From an uncultured archaeon (GTDB lineage: Archaea > Thermoproteota > Bathyarchaeia > Bathyarchaeales > Bathycorpusculaceae), in the NCBI GenBank assembly GCA_963782915.1, contig CAWALK010000015.1, positions 262,792 to 326,791 of the forward strand: a stretch of DNA of 64,000 nucleotides, in the 5' to 3' direction. Shown in pieces: positions 53,143-63,216 of this stretch. The notes beneath the pieces are model-generated. The model was not told where the DNA came from, ran no database searches, and saw only the letters and a program-made list of their open reading frames with translations. Every line of letters starts with the position of its first letter. Position 1 is the stretch's first letter. Made by a program: the position numbers and the translations under genes.

Positions 53143-54291
53143 TTAACTGATCGTTTGGTTCCAAAAGAACACTTGACTATAATTCCCCAGTTCAGCCGCC
53201 GTTCGCGGTTCATCATAGAGGATGTTGAGTTTTGCGCCGTATCGGGCTGTAAGTGTTTCTACGTCGCTATAGATTTTTGCGGACAAATTATCCGCGGGGA
53301 ACAGGCCCCATATGGTGTCGGTTGCGCTTCGGAATCCAAACCCGTAATCCGCCGGCACCACATACGCCGCTTCGGCATTGTTTTGGCCAAAACTATCAGG
53401 GTTAGCGTGCAGCATATTCCAGAAGCGTTGCAGCGACATAAAGTGCTCGTCAGTTAAGGTGCCATAGGCAGTGGTGTTGGGGTAGCTGAAGACCACTGCG
53501 TATTTTGCGCCTGCGCTGTATGCTAAGGCTAAGTCGTTGTATAGGTCGTCGCCGTCTTCGAGGTAGGGGGGCTGGTTGTATTTCCAGGTGACAATTACTC
53601 CCCAGTCGCGGTCAAAAGTGTCTGCGGCGCCTCTGCAAAGCGCAATATGGCGTTCTCTGCTTTCGTTGCCGACAAATTCGCCGAATATTGCGCTGTATCC
53701 TGCCTTATAGTTGAACCAGTAGAGAGCATAGTCGGCGGTAAACATCTGCGGTGTAAACTGCAGATAGTAGTCCGGGAAGTATGAGAGGTTACCTACGTAC
53801 GCTTTTGATACGCTGGTATAGGTTGGGTTGGGACCAGCTGCGGTGCTGTTGATCAGTTGTGTGTCTGGGGTGCCGTCGAGTTGGCGTCCGCCGGGTTCGT
53901 CATATCGGTATATGCCCAGAAATTGGCTGCCATATCGGGCATGCGCAAACACCATCCAGTCGGTGATGTTATATTGGTACTTGTCTAGGCCCCGGAACTG
54001 TACAATGAAGTTCAGGTTAGCGGCTACTATGTAGTCGCAAGCTTCGGTGAGGGCTGTTTCGTTATGGAATAAATCCACCGAACCCAAAACAAACAGGTTA
54101 GTGTACTCTTTTACTTTGTCAACCAGCGCTTTAACCTCGCTGGTTTGGTTGCCATAAGCAAACATTACACCCACATAGAACTCGCGGGGCGACCCATCGT
54201 TAGTGCTAAACCAGTTCTGCACCAAAAACAGCGATAAAACAACAATTACAACCAACGCTGCAGCGAAGGATAAGATTAATTTGCGGTTCAA
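53143..54291 (-). CDS. Membrane-anchored hypothetical protein
   Basis: N-terminal TM, 382 aa, YDEPGG motif. Confidence 0.7.
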   Translation of the reverse strand: MNRKLILSFAAALVVIVVLSLFLVQNWFSTNDGSPREFYVGVMFAYGNQTSEVKALVDKVKEYTNLFVLGSVDLFHNETALTEACDYIVAANLNFIVQFRGLDKYQYNITDWMVFAHARYGSQFLGIYRYDEPGGRQLDGTPDTQLINSTAAGPNPTYTSVSKAYVGNLSYFPDYYLQFTPQMFTADYALYWFNYKAGYSAIFGEFVGNESRERHIALCRGAADTFDRDWGVIVTWKYNQPPYLEDGDDLYNDLALAYSAGAKYAVVFSYPNTTAYGTLTDEHFMSLQRFWNMLHANPDSFGQNNAEAAYVVPADYGFGFRSATDTIWGLFPADNLSAKIYSDVETLTARYGAKLNILYDEPRTAAELGNYSQVFFWNQTIS

Positions 54292-54352
54292 ATGGCTTCA
54301 GATATTAATCGGTAGAGTTCCTATTTAACATTAAAGCAAAAAAGTTGGAGCT

Positions 54353-54797
54353 TTATCGGCTAAATAAACCGATGAGTTTCCCCTCAGCTAACACATGACC
54401 CTTCAGGGCATTTTCAAGGTCCTTTTTCTTAGAGTTTTCCCCCAATCCCAACTGCATATCCAATGCGTAAACCCGGAAGTTATAATGATGAGGTTTACCG
54501 GGAGGCGGACAGGGTCCTGTGTAACCGCGTTCACCCATGCCGTTAACGCCTTCCATTCCGGGCGCTGAATTCTCAGCTATTTTGGTTTGTGAGGGTGGAA
54601 TGTTCCAGATTACCCAGTGATCGAATGTACCGCTTGGGGCATCTGGGTCATCTATGATTAATGCGAGGCTTTTAGTTTCCTTGCGGAACCCCCTCTATGG
54701 ATAGGGGTGGGTTGATGTTTTGGTAGTCGCAGGAGTATTTTTCGGGGATTGGCTGGTTGTTTTGGAAGGCGGGGCTGGTTATGGTTAATTCCTTCAT
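54353..54797 (-). CDS. YbhB/YbcL (PEBP) family protein (frameshifted)
   Basis: DDPDAP..FDHW, GYTGPCPP..HHY. Confidence 0.85.
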
Positions 54798-54895
54798 TTG
54801 AATCCACTAGAAGTTTATGTTTTGTTTTGAATAAATAGTTGACGAACAGACCTTTGCTACAACAAGTTCCTACAGGTGCCCTCAAAAAAGGCAAG

Positions 54896-55033
54896 TTACT
54901 GAGGGGATGACCCGATTTTTGCTTCTGTACTCTGCCCCTTATGCACGTTCATTCGATGTAGCCTTAGCTCCTCGGGGTTTTGAAATTCCTTTTTGCATAT
55001 AGGGCACTTGTAGGTTTCGTACATTAGCTGCAT
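54896..55033 (-). CDS. Small C2H2 zinc-finger protein (45 aa)
   Basis: MQLMYETYKCPICKKEFQNPEELRLHRMNVHKG...; not in ORF track; paralogue of 22658-22825. Confidence 0.7.
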   Translation of the reverse strand: MQLMYETYKCPICKKEFQNPEELRLHRMNVHKGQSTEAKIGSSPQ

Positions 55034-55113
55034 CTCTTTGCCAAGCAAAGGCTATTAAAAGTTAAAATAAATTTGTGGTTGTGATTAGACTACAAAATAA
55101 GTTAAAATAGAGT

Positions 55114-55296
55114 CTATTCTTGACCCCATTTCTCTACTATTAGCTTGCCGTCTGTTGGGTTAAAGCGTACTTTAACTGGCATGGAGCTGTCGCATTTTAG
55201 CGGAAACATGCTGTCATCCACCACTCTAACGGGCAAGTAAAGCAGATAACGATCGTCTTTTCTTCTAAAGATTGTTCCTTTTCCCTCATTCCCCAT
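55114..55296 (-). CDS. Small protein, possibly AbrB-like
   Basis: YLLYLP..FP..VKV..KLIVEK pattern. Confidence 0.55.
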   Translation of the reverse strand: MGNEGKGTIFRRKDDRYLLYLPVRVVDDSMFPLKCDSSMPVKVRFNPTDGKLIVEKWGQE

Positions 55297-55413
55297 ACGA
55301 TATCATCGTCGAGTTTACTCGGTGTACGCTTTTAAACATGCCTGTTGGGATAGCATAAAAGTAGTGAATCGACTGCACTTCAGGCAGGTAAACGTATGGT
55401 TAGATGAAAAAAA

Positions 55414-55635
55414 TTAGGGATTTGGCGATGGTTCAAATAAGTTAAGGGATTGCGTTTGATTGAACAAATTAATTGTTTGGTTACTAAATGAGGTCTCTAA
55501 ATGGCTTAGTTGATCCGCCATATCATCGATATTTTCTACCGTTTGAATACACACACCTGCCGCAATTCCGATTACAATACAAGTGAACATCGTCGTGGAA
55601 GTAATTAACAACAATGATCCAACTGCCGCTTGCAT
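55414..55635 (-). CDS. Small membrane-anchored protein
   Basis: N-terminal hydrophobic helix. Confidence 0.5.
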   Translation of the reverse strand: MQAAVGSLLLITSTTMFTCIVIGIAAGVCIQTVENIDDMADQLSHLETSFSNQTINLFNQTQSLNLFEPSPNP

Positions 55636-55903
55636 GCTGTTTTGCCCCTTTGCTTTTTGGTTTCATCCTCCGCTGTGTTCTAGTTCTTAATTGGAGTTAT
55701 CTGATTTCTTATGTGGCAAGTGTTCAACAGTTTTGCTTATGCACAGTATTTTCGGCTAAAAATCGTCAATTCATCCTTAATCCAGCTGGCAGGTTGCTGA
55801 TTAGCTGTATATAATGAGGGAATGTGTGTTCAACAAGTAAGCAGTTTATTTTTGATTAATTGGTTGGAAAAAAAGACAAAAAAGAAAAGATAGGGAAAGG
55901 GGT

Positions 55904-57597
55904 TTAGGTTTCGGCTTTGCGTAGCAGTTCTTTTGCGCTGTCGACGTTTAGCTTGTAGAAGACCGCTGTAAAGATCGTTGCAATTACGCCGCTGATTATC
56001 AATGAAACCGTTAGTTCTACTGGACCCATGGCTAGCGTTAGGAATGAGGGTGCAATCGTCGTTAGAACGTATGGTACAAGCGGCGCAATTATTGCTAAGC
56101 CTGCAAGGGTGCATGCGATGAAGCTGAATAGTGACCATTCTTGGCGAATCATGCGTTGTCTTCTGGTACCGGTGAAGTCTGCGCCTTTGAAGCCAAATGT
56201 TAAGCCAATCGCGCCTAGTGCGAAAATAAGAAATATGCCTTCAGCGAAGCCTGCGATGGTAAAGTTGAGTGTTGGTTTGAAGAAGAGTACACCGACGGTT
56301 CCAGTTATGATTAAGACAATTAATGATAAGAGGACCAGGAAGGTGTATTTCGCTTTACTAAGCTTTTGGCTGAGATGGGTGAGGCATAGATTCTCCAGAC
56401 GGCTTGTCCTTCTTCTCCGATGAGCATGTTTCCCACTGACATGGCCATGATGCCTGCGGGGAATAGGAAAATCATTGCTTGGAAGATTATGTTTGCTTCT
56501 CCGGCGCCTGCGTTGGATGTGTTGATTGAGTTGAAGATGGATACGATGACGAAGACAATGGGTATGATGAATATGCCCATTAATTCTCGGCGTCGGGTAA
56601 ATGATCGGATATCTTTGCGGATTATTGCTGCTTCAACCGAGGATAAACCGAGACGTCCCAGTAAACCCGTTTTGGGTGTATAGACACCACTTGTTTGTAC
56701 TCGTATTGCCGGAGGCTCATAGAGACCATATCTTTGGTTTAGAATGATTGCAAGATAATACAGTCCCAATATGAATAATGCTGATACACCTACGAATCCC
56801 AAACCCAGCAGAAATTCACTGCTAAACAAGTAGTATAGAGCAATACCCACCCAAACGAAGGGAATATACCAAATTGAAGTTTGGAATGATGAGAGTGTCG
56901 AGAGGAATGTTACGAAGCCGTTGCCTGTGAATATAGCGAAGTAGATGACGTAGAGGACTATGAAGAATAGCAGTGAACCGATTAATCGGACGTAGACGGC
57001 TGCTCTTCCGCTTGATTTATAGACTGCTCCGGTGAAGCGTACTTGTATTACTCTGGCGATTTCTGTGAGTGCGCTGCCCATGAATGCGGTGGCGAACATG
57101 CCGATTGTTGATAGGAGTGCTGCAACGATTAAGCCGTTGAATGCACCGAAAACTATCAGTCCGGCTGAGAAGCCCGCGACTAAGGCGAGTGGTAACCCAA
57201 ATAGGTTGGATAGGACGGATGCTAAGGTGTGTTCCTGCCAAGTTACCGGTAGCCAATACATGACTTGTGAGGTTTTTTTGATGCCGCTAAGTTGGATTTG
57301 CTGAAACATTGTAAAGACTAAGCTAAGAATCAGCGTAAAGGTAGGCATTGATACGAAGAAGCCTAACGCTGCGTTGCTAAGAGTTGGCAACCCTGGAATT
57401 GCGGTGGGGTTGGAATATACTTCTCCTGCGATCCAGTTAGCAATTAAACCCCCAGCTACGCCGATGACTGCGGCGAGCCAGTAAGGCCAATAAGCCAATA
57501 TGCCTCTTTCGCGGTAATGCGTCGCTTTGATGCCTCTGAGTAATCTACCTGATTTGCGTTCTACACGCAAGAGGTAGAGGACGTTTTTCCAGTTCAT
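55904..57597 (-). CDS. ABC exporter permease (frameshift ~56350)
   Basis: Multi-TM, coupled to the ABC ATPase. Confidence 0.8.
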
Positions 57598-58364
57598 TTC
57601 AACAGTTCCTCAACAACGGGTTTTAAGTCGCCGGTTCCGGTTAATTTGAGGAATATGTCTTCTAAGCCTGAATTGGGCAGGCTTGCTCTCTGTCGCAGTT
57701 CCGACATGTTGCCTAACGCTAAGATGTTGCCTTGGTACATGATTGCGATGCGGTCGCATACTGCCTCAGCAATCTCTAAAACGTGCGTGGAGAGGATTGT
57801 GGTGACGCCTTGTGCTTTGAGTGAATGAAGGTAGTCTTTGACGATTTTTGCGCTTCTGGGATCCAACGCGTTTAGGGGTTCGTCTAGGATTAGTAGTTTG
57901 GGTCTGTGGAGGAACGCTGAGATTAGGCTGATTTTCTTTTTCATACCGTCTGAGTAACTGTTTATCATGTCGCCTTCTCTGCCTTCAAGTTGCAAGGCTT
58001 TGAGGTATTCGGTTACACGTTGCTGCTTCTCAGCCGGCGGGACACCATAGATGTCACCGATAAAATCCAGGTACTCGATACCTGTTAAGAATTCGTAGAT
58101 ATCTGGGGATTCCGGAACGTAGCCTACTTGCCGTTTAACTGTGACGGGGTCTTTTAGTACGTCTAGGCCTAAAACGTTGACTGCGCCTGCGGTTGGCTGT
58201 ACCAATCCCATTAGCATTTTGAGGGTGGTGGATTTGCCTGATCCGTTGGGGCCTAGTAATGCGAAAATTTCTCCTGTGTCGATTGTTAAGCTTATGTTGT
58301 TTACGGCTACTAATTCGTTGTAGCGTTTAGTTACTTCTTTTAGTTCTACGGCGTGTAAGCTCAT
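57594..58364 (-). CDS. ABC transporter ATP-binding protein
   Basis: GPNGSGKS, YSDGM, LDEP. Confidence 0.93.
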   Translation of the reverse strand: MSLHAVELKEVTKRYNELVAVNNISLTIDTGEIFALLGPNGSGKSTTLKMLMGLVQPTAGAVNVLGLDVLKDPVTVKRQVGYVPESPDIYEFLTGIEYLDFIGDIYGVPPAEKQQRVTEYLKALQLEGREGDMINSYSDGMKKKISLISAFLHRPKLLILDEPLNALDPRSAKIVKDYLHSLKAQGVTTILSTHVLEIAEAVCDRIAIMYQGNILALGNMSELRQRASLPNSGLEDIFLKLTGTGDLKPVVEELLK

Positions 58365-58473
58365 GGTTAATCTGCCTCGCTTGCAAATAGAAAAGCATCG
58401 ATATTTAAGGATAGTGTGTATTCGCCGTTTTAGTCGCCTAAAAACGCTACGTTTTGATTGTGCAACGCGATAA

Positions 58474-58911
58474 TTAGGTGAAATTTAATTCGAAGCTTAT
58501 AGGCACAGCTTCGCCCCATGATTGCCTAATCGGGCATATCTTTTGAGCCATACCATAAACAGTTGTAGCTTTTTTGCGTTCCCGCTCATCATCCTTCTCT
58601 AAACCAACATTCATCACAAAGTGTACGTTAGTGAAGATGAGTTTCTCCATGCCCTCAACGTTCATTTTAACGGTTGCTTTAGTTTCCAGATTCTTCAGCA
58701 CTAATTGGCTGTTTTTGGCGATTAACATGAATAAGGTGTTGATGCATGATGCTAAGGCAGCTGCGAAAATGTCCTCGGGTGTGCAGTAGCCTTCTTTTCC
58801 CCCAAACGATGGTGGGGGGCTGACGGAGACTATTTGTTTGCCTTTAACGCTTAGGGCGCATTCTGTGCTGCCGTTCCATGTTGCTGTTCCTTCAAAATTT
58901 AGTTCTGGCAT
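58474..58911 (-). CDS. OsmC/Ohr family protein
   Basis: FGG..TPEDIFAAALASC, CPI. Confidence 0.85.
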   Translation of the reverse strand: MPELNFEGTATWNGSTECALSVKGKQIVSVSPPPSFGGKEGYCTPEDIFAAALASCINTLFMLIAKNSQLVLKNLETKATVKMNVEGMEKLIFTNVHFVMNVGLEKDDERERKKATTVYGMAQKICPIRQSWGEAVPISFELNFT

Positions 58912-59013
58912 TAAAAAACCTCATATTATGGGAGGGAGGGGGCAGATTTAATGTTTTTGTGGCTAAAACCTTCGGGTTTGGCGGGTTGGGTTTGCCAGTA
59001 AATTTAATTAGCA

Positions 59014-60369
59014 TTGGCTGTTACATGGTACTTTAAACCATCTGAGCCCAAAGTTATGATTGCTGCCCTGAAAAGAGTCTCCTCTAAACGCGTTATCGTT
59101 ATTGTGCTGGCGATTTTATTGGTTATTACTGGGTTCAATACCTACTTGATTTTGGAAAACCGCTCATCGAATCCTATAAATTATGATTATGTGCTCTCAC
59201 AGGACAGCGGCAACTCTCAAAGTGCCACTGCAGCGCTTAATACTGCCCTGTCCCAGGGCAAATCAGTTTTCCTCAACGAAGGAACATACAGCCTGGCGGG
59301 CGACGTATATGTCACCAACAAACTAAACGCCAAAATCGTCGGCAACGGAGCCACCATCCAAGGCAACGGGCATAAAATCGTAATCTACGGCGACAACTAC
59401 ACTGCATCCCAATATGCAACCATCTCAGGCTTAACCTTAATCAACGGTACCATCAGAGTCGAAAACTCGTTCGGAACCACAATCACCGATTCAAAATTTT
59501 TTAACTCCACCGTCGGAATTGAATTCGCTAACACTAACACATGGAGCGAATACAACAAGATTGAAAACTGCCAATTCATCAACGACACAGAGGGCATCGC
59601 ATTCCGTACCCCCGATAGCAAAAACCCATCAGTTAGCAACGCCACGGGCAGCTATGCCAGCAGCCAAATCGAGCGTTGCAGCTTCAATATCCGAGACAAC
59701 TCAGTAGGCATAAACGTTGAGAAGAAAGCAGAGTTCTCTGATAGCCAACTGCAGAACGTACGCTTCTGGATGGGCGAAAGCGGCGCGACCAATCAAACAG
59801 CCATCTATGTGGATGGAGGAATGGACCAAGCATTACTATTTGGCGTCGTTTTCGAATCATTTACCTCTCAACCAAACAACCTCTTCGCTGTTGATATAGG
59901 CGAAAACTGCAACCCTGCCCCCGTCATTGACAACGGCGTAAGTTTTCTTGGCAACTGGACTGCCCGGGTGCATAATCCGTTTGGGATTTGGCTTTCAGCG
60001 GACGGTGCAGTTTTTGAACGCCAAGTATCAGTGCCGGTTGGTACAAGTGGACAGTTTGGCGTAAACAAAACAATCGACTGCCACCCAGCAATCATTAGCA
60101 GCTTCAAACCCAAAATAGTGGTCTCAGGGGGCTTTGGCCAAAACGAAACCGTTACTGTTCGGATCCGCATAGAATACATCGACAATGTGGTTTCTAACCC
60201 TGTTTCGCGGACGTTTACCAGCAGCGGTACTGCATGGTTAACTGATGAGGAATTGATGGCGCTGTTTCCTTCGCAGAGTTTGATTTGGGCGATTATAGTG
60301 GATGCAAAAACTAATTTTGCCTCGACTGATGCATCGGTATCTGTAGGCGGCTATGGCACAACCGGTTAA
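59014..60369 (+). CDS. Membrane-anchored parallel beta-helix protein
   Basis: TM, AALNTAL..VFLNEGTY, Asn ladders. Confidence 0.7.
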   Translation: MAVTWYFKPSEPKVMIAALKRVSSKRVIVIVLAILLVITGFNTYLILENRSSNPINYDYVLSQDSGNSQSATAALNTALSQGKSVFLNEGTYSLAGDVYVTNKLNAKIVGNGATIQGNGHKIVIYGDNYTASQYATISGLTLINGTIRVENSFGTTITDSKFFNSTVGIEFANTNTWSEYNKIENCQFINDTEGIAFRTPDSKNPSVSNATGSYASSQIERCSFNIRDNSVGINVEKKAEFSDSQLQNVRFWMGESGATNQTAIYVDGGMDQALLFGVVFESFTSQPNNLFAVDIGENCNPAPVIDNGVSFLGNWTARVHNPFGIWLSADGAVFERQVSVPVGTSGQFGVNKTIDCHPAIISSFKPKIVVSGGFGQNETVTVRIRIEYIDNVVSNPVSRTFTSSGTAWLTDEELMALFPSQSLIWAIIVDAKTNFASTDASVSVGGYGTTG

Positions 60370-60535
60370 TCTGCCGTGGCATTTCTTTGAAGCCATAAAA
60401 GCTGTCTCTGAAAGCTTCCACTACTTTGACGCAGGTTGGCCCTTCATCACCTGGATAGAAGAAAAGCACCACATTCTTTTTCCCAAAAAACCCTGACAAA
60501 GTAACCGTCTCGCCAGTGCTTAATTCCCCATCCAT
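60370..60535 (-). pseudogene. Peroxiredoxin (BCP) N-terminal fragment
   Basis: GETVTLS.F.GKKNVVLFFYP...PTC, then truncated. Confidence 0.6.
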
Positions 60536-60934
60536 GAACCTCAGAAATAAAGCAATCCAACATACACCCACAACCACAAACAACCAAACCAACATAGTTG
60601 TGGCAAAAAAACCACGTTCCCCACAACCAAATAGGCAAACAAAAAAGCCCCAAACCGAAAAAGCAACCCAAATAACAACCAAAAACTGCAGAAACCTACG
60701 CCACCCACAACCACACAAAACAAAGATTAATCGTTACAATATTGCAGCAGTCACGCAGAACAGTTTCTGATACTTCTATTAGAAGGGCAATATAGGCTAA
60801 TAGAACAATCAATTCAGCCATACATTTGTAGAGATTGAGGAAACGCCTGAAAAAGTGCTTTTTCTGAACAAATTAGATTAATATCCGGTCGTTAAATTCA
60901 TTTAGTAACGTTTTTAGATAAAGGGGGTAACAAT

Positions 60935-62197
60935 CTGAAAATCACAGTCTTAGGCGCCGCAAGAGAAGTCGGCGGCTCCTGCATCGAAGTTACTACAGAC
61001 CACTCCAAAGTTGCCTTAGACTACGGCATAAAACTCGAAGGCACAACAGACCAATACCCCAAGAACTTCGATGCAATAATAATCAGCCACGCCCACCTAG
61101 ACCATTCCGGAAGCCTTCTACGCCTCTCAAAATCCAGGAATAAGCAAGTTATAGTGGGCTCAAAAATTACTCGCGATGCAACACTTGAATTGCTCAAAGA
61201 CATGATTAAAGTTAACGAATACAACGGGACCCCCCTTGGCTTTGACAGTCAAACGGTTGATGAAGTGAAAGGGGCATGGTTACCCACGGATAAGTTGGCT
61301 TTAGCGGATATGAACATTGAGCTTTATCCTGCGGGGCATGTTGCCGGCGCCTCCATGACGGGCATTCGTGCCGAAGGAAAATCTCTTCTTTACACAGGCG
61401 ATTTTTGCTTGCATGACACTGAAATCCTTGTTGGCTGCAACCCCCAATTGCTGCCCCAGCAGCCCGATGTTCTTATTTCGGAGTCAACGTACGGTGGAAC
61501 AGTAAGACAACCGCGAAGCGAACTCATCGACCAAATGTACGCTGAAATTAGTTATACGATAAAGCACAGGGGCAACGTTTTGATTCCAACCTTCGCGTTC
61601 CACCGAAGCCAAGAGATGGCTAAACGAGTGGACCAAGCCATTGAAAACGGAGTGCTCCCCAAATGCAACGTTTACATGCTTTCAAAACTCGCAAATAAAA
61701 TAACGAAAATCTTCAATGGCTACTCGCCCTTATTCAAGCAACAAACGCAGAAGCGAGCGAAACCGTTTGAGTACAAGCATGTGAAAGAAGTTGAGCGGAC
61801 AACCGACATAGTAGAGCCAGCCATAGTTATTTGCACGCCGGGGTTTGGTCACGCAGGCGCAAGTCTGAGCTTACTGAAAGCGTGGGCTGAAATTGAGGAA
61901 AACACGATCATTGTGACTTCAGGTTATCTGCCGCCGGACAGTCCCTTGAAACTGGCGAAAGATAAGCATTACATAAAGATTGATGGGGAAAGATTTTCGG
62001 TGCAAGCTAAAATTGTCCAAATTGAGCTCTCAGGGCATGCTGACCAAGGGGAGCTTGTGCAATTAATTGAGTATCTGAAGCCTAAGCGGACGGTTCTTGT
62101 TCATGGCGATTTAAAAGAGGCGGAAGCGCTTTCCAAGCAGGTTTGTGAATTAACCGAAGTTAGTATTCCGGAAAAAAATGAAACCATAAACGTTTAA
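60935..62197 (+). CDS. MBL/beta-CASP ribonuclease, CTG start
   Basis: KITVLGAAREVGGSC, SHAHLDH, AGH, ESTYG, SGHAD, VHG. Confidence 0.92.
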   Translation: MKITVLGAAREVGGSCIEVTTDHSKVALDYGIKLEGTTDQYPKNFDAIIISHAHLDHSGSLLRLSKSRNKQVIVGSKITRDATLELLKDMIKVNEYNGTPLGFDSQTVDEVKGAWLPTDKLALADMNIELYPAGHVAGASMTGIRAEGKSLLYTGDFCLHDTEILVGCNPQLLPQQPDVLISESTYGGTVRQPRSELIDQMYAEISYTIKHRGNVLIPTFAFHRSQEMAKRVDQAIENGVLPKCNVYMLSKLANKITKIFNGYSPLFKQQTQKRAKPFEYKHVKEVERTTDIVEPAIVICTPGFGHAGASLSLLKAWAEIEENTIIVTSGYLPPDSPLKLAKDKHYIKIDGERFSVQAKIVQIELSGHADQGELVQLIEYLKPKRTVLVHGDLKEAEALSKQVCELTEVSIPEKNETINV

Positions 62198-62342
62198 ACT
62201 GCACAGAATAACTTTGCGGTTGGCGGTGCCTTAGCCTCTTCTTCCTCGCCCAACTGTGGGAAAAGGTCTATTGCAAGTCATTAGTTTGGTTTACGCTTCC
62301 TAAACGGCAATAATGGGACAGCCTATTTTTTAATAGACATAG

Positions 62343-62807
62343 CTATCTTACTTCAATGGTAATTTCATTATTTTTGTTTTCAATCAAAACCCCATTGACT
62401 CCAATGCTGTAATGTACATCCAAGATATAGGTGCCTGGTTCGATAGCTTCATACTCGAAAACTCTGGATACTTTATCGTTGGCTTTCAAAATCTGGTAGG
62501 CTATCATTGTTATTTCACCGTGGGCAGACGTATCATTGATATTATGAAAGAACGCACACGGCATTGCCCCATTAGAAGACATATTGACGTCTTTACCGCT
62601 TCTATTAATTATAGAAGCATTTAATGATATTTTTTCCCCCACATTATAAGCCGTTTTAGGCAAATCAATCTCAAGAGGAAAATCTTTTTCGCTAAAGTTA
62701 GTTTTTTGTGAAGCGAGTATCATCGGTGCTATTACTAGTAAAACAAATACTACCAGAAAGCCTAAGCCGATATACTTTTTCTGGAATTTCGTTTGTAGAT
62801 TGCCCAT
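62343..62807 (-). CDS. Membrane-anchored Ig-like protein
   Basis: TM, then beta-rich domain (PGTY). Confidence 0.6.
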   Translation of the reverse strand: MGNLQTKFQKKYIGLGFLVVFVLLVIAPMILASQKTNFSEKDFPLEIDLPKTAYNVGEKISLNASIINRSGKDVNMSSNGAMPCAFFHNINDTSAHGEITMIAYQILKANDKVSRVFEYEAIEPGTYILDVHYSIGVNGVLIENKNNEITIEVR

Positions 62808-62980
62808 CTAACCACCTGCTTCTAACATATGCCCATCGTATTTAGTGCTACTCTATAGAACAGCCAAAAAAGCATCGTCTATAAGATAGAACACCCCTGC
62901 AGGTATACACTTGCTTAGGAAAAGGTCCTCGCTTCAGTTAGAGGTTTTTTGATGTCTTGTACAGGAAGGAATGAATTTTA

Positions 62981-63200
62981 GTCTATATATAGAGGGAGGG
63001 GGTACCTCGGCAGAGCAACAAACGCTGAGTCTAAGATGAAAATTCTGTTCTGCTTGCCAAAGCCTCCACAACCAACAGGCAACCCAACACAAACGCAGAC
63101 GCCAAAACCCAGATGCCTGCCAAGCCCTCTGGTAGTTGTTGTGTATAGGCGGTTTTTGGCAACAACAACTATAAAAAAACAGGCAACCCCAAATCTAAAC
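62981..63200 (-). repeat. Family A copy
   Basis: Reverse complement shares GTTGTTGCCAAAAACCGCCTATACACAACAAC with ~25969-26000 and ends CCCCCTCCCTCTATATATA. Confidence 0.85.
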
Positions 63201-63216
63201 TCCTAAAAAAAGGAAG

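Noticed and set aside
55414-55635. Type IV pilin
   Set aside because: Hydrophobic helix present but no in-frame class III signal peptide cleavage motif
21838-57597. Frameshifts in mobA, copB, sdhA, HD, queT, ybhB and the ABC permease as programmed recoding or mass pseudogenisation
   Set aside because: They affect unrelated genes, I saw no shared slippery motif, and catalytic motifs are intact; long-read indel error is the simplest explanation
60540-60730. ORFs in the CA-rich tract
   Set aside because: Strand-biased low-complexity sequence gives spurious ORFs in several frames
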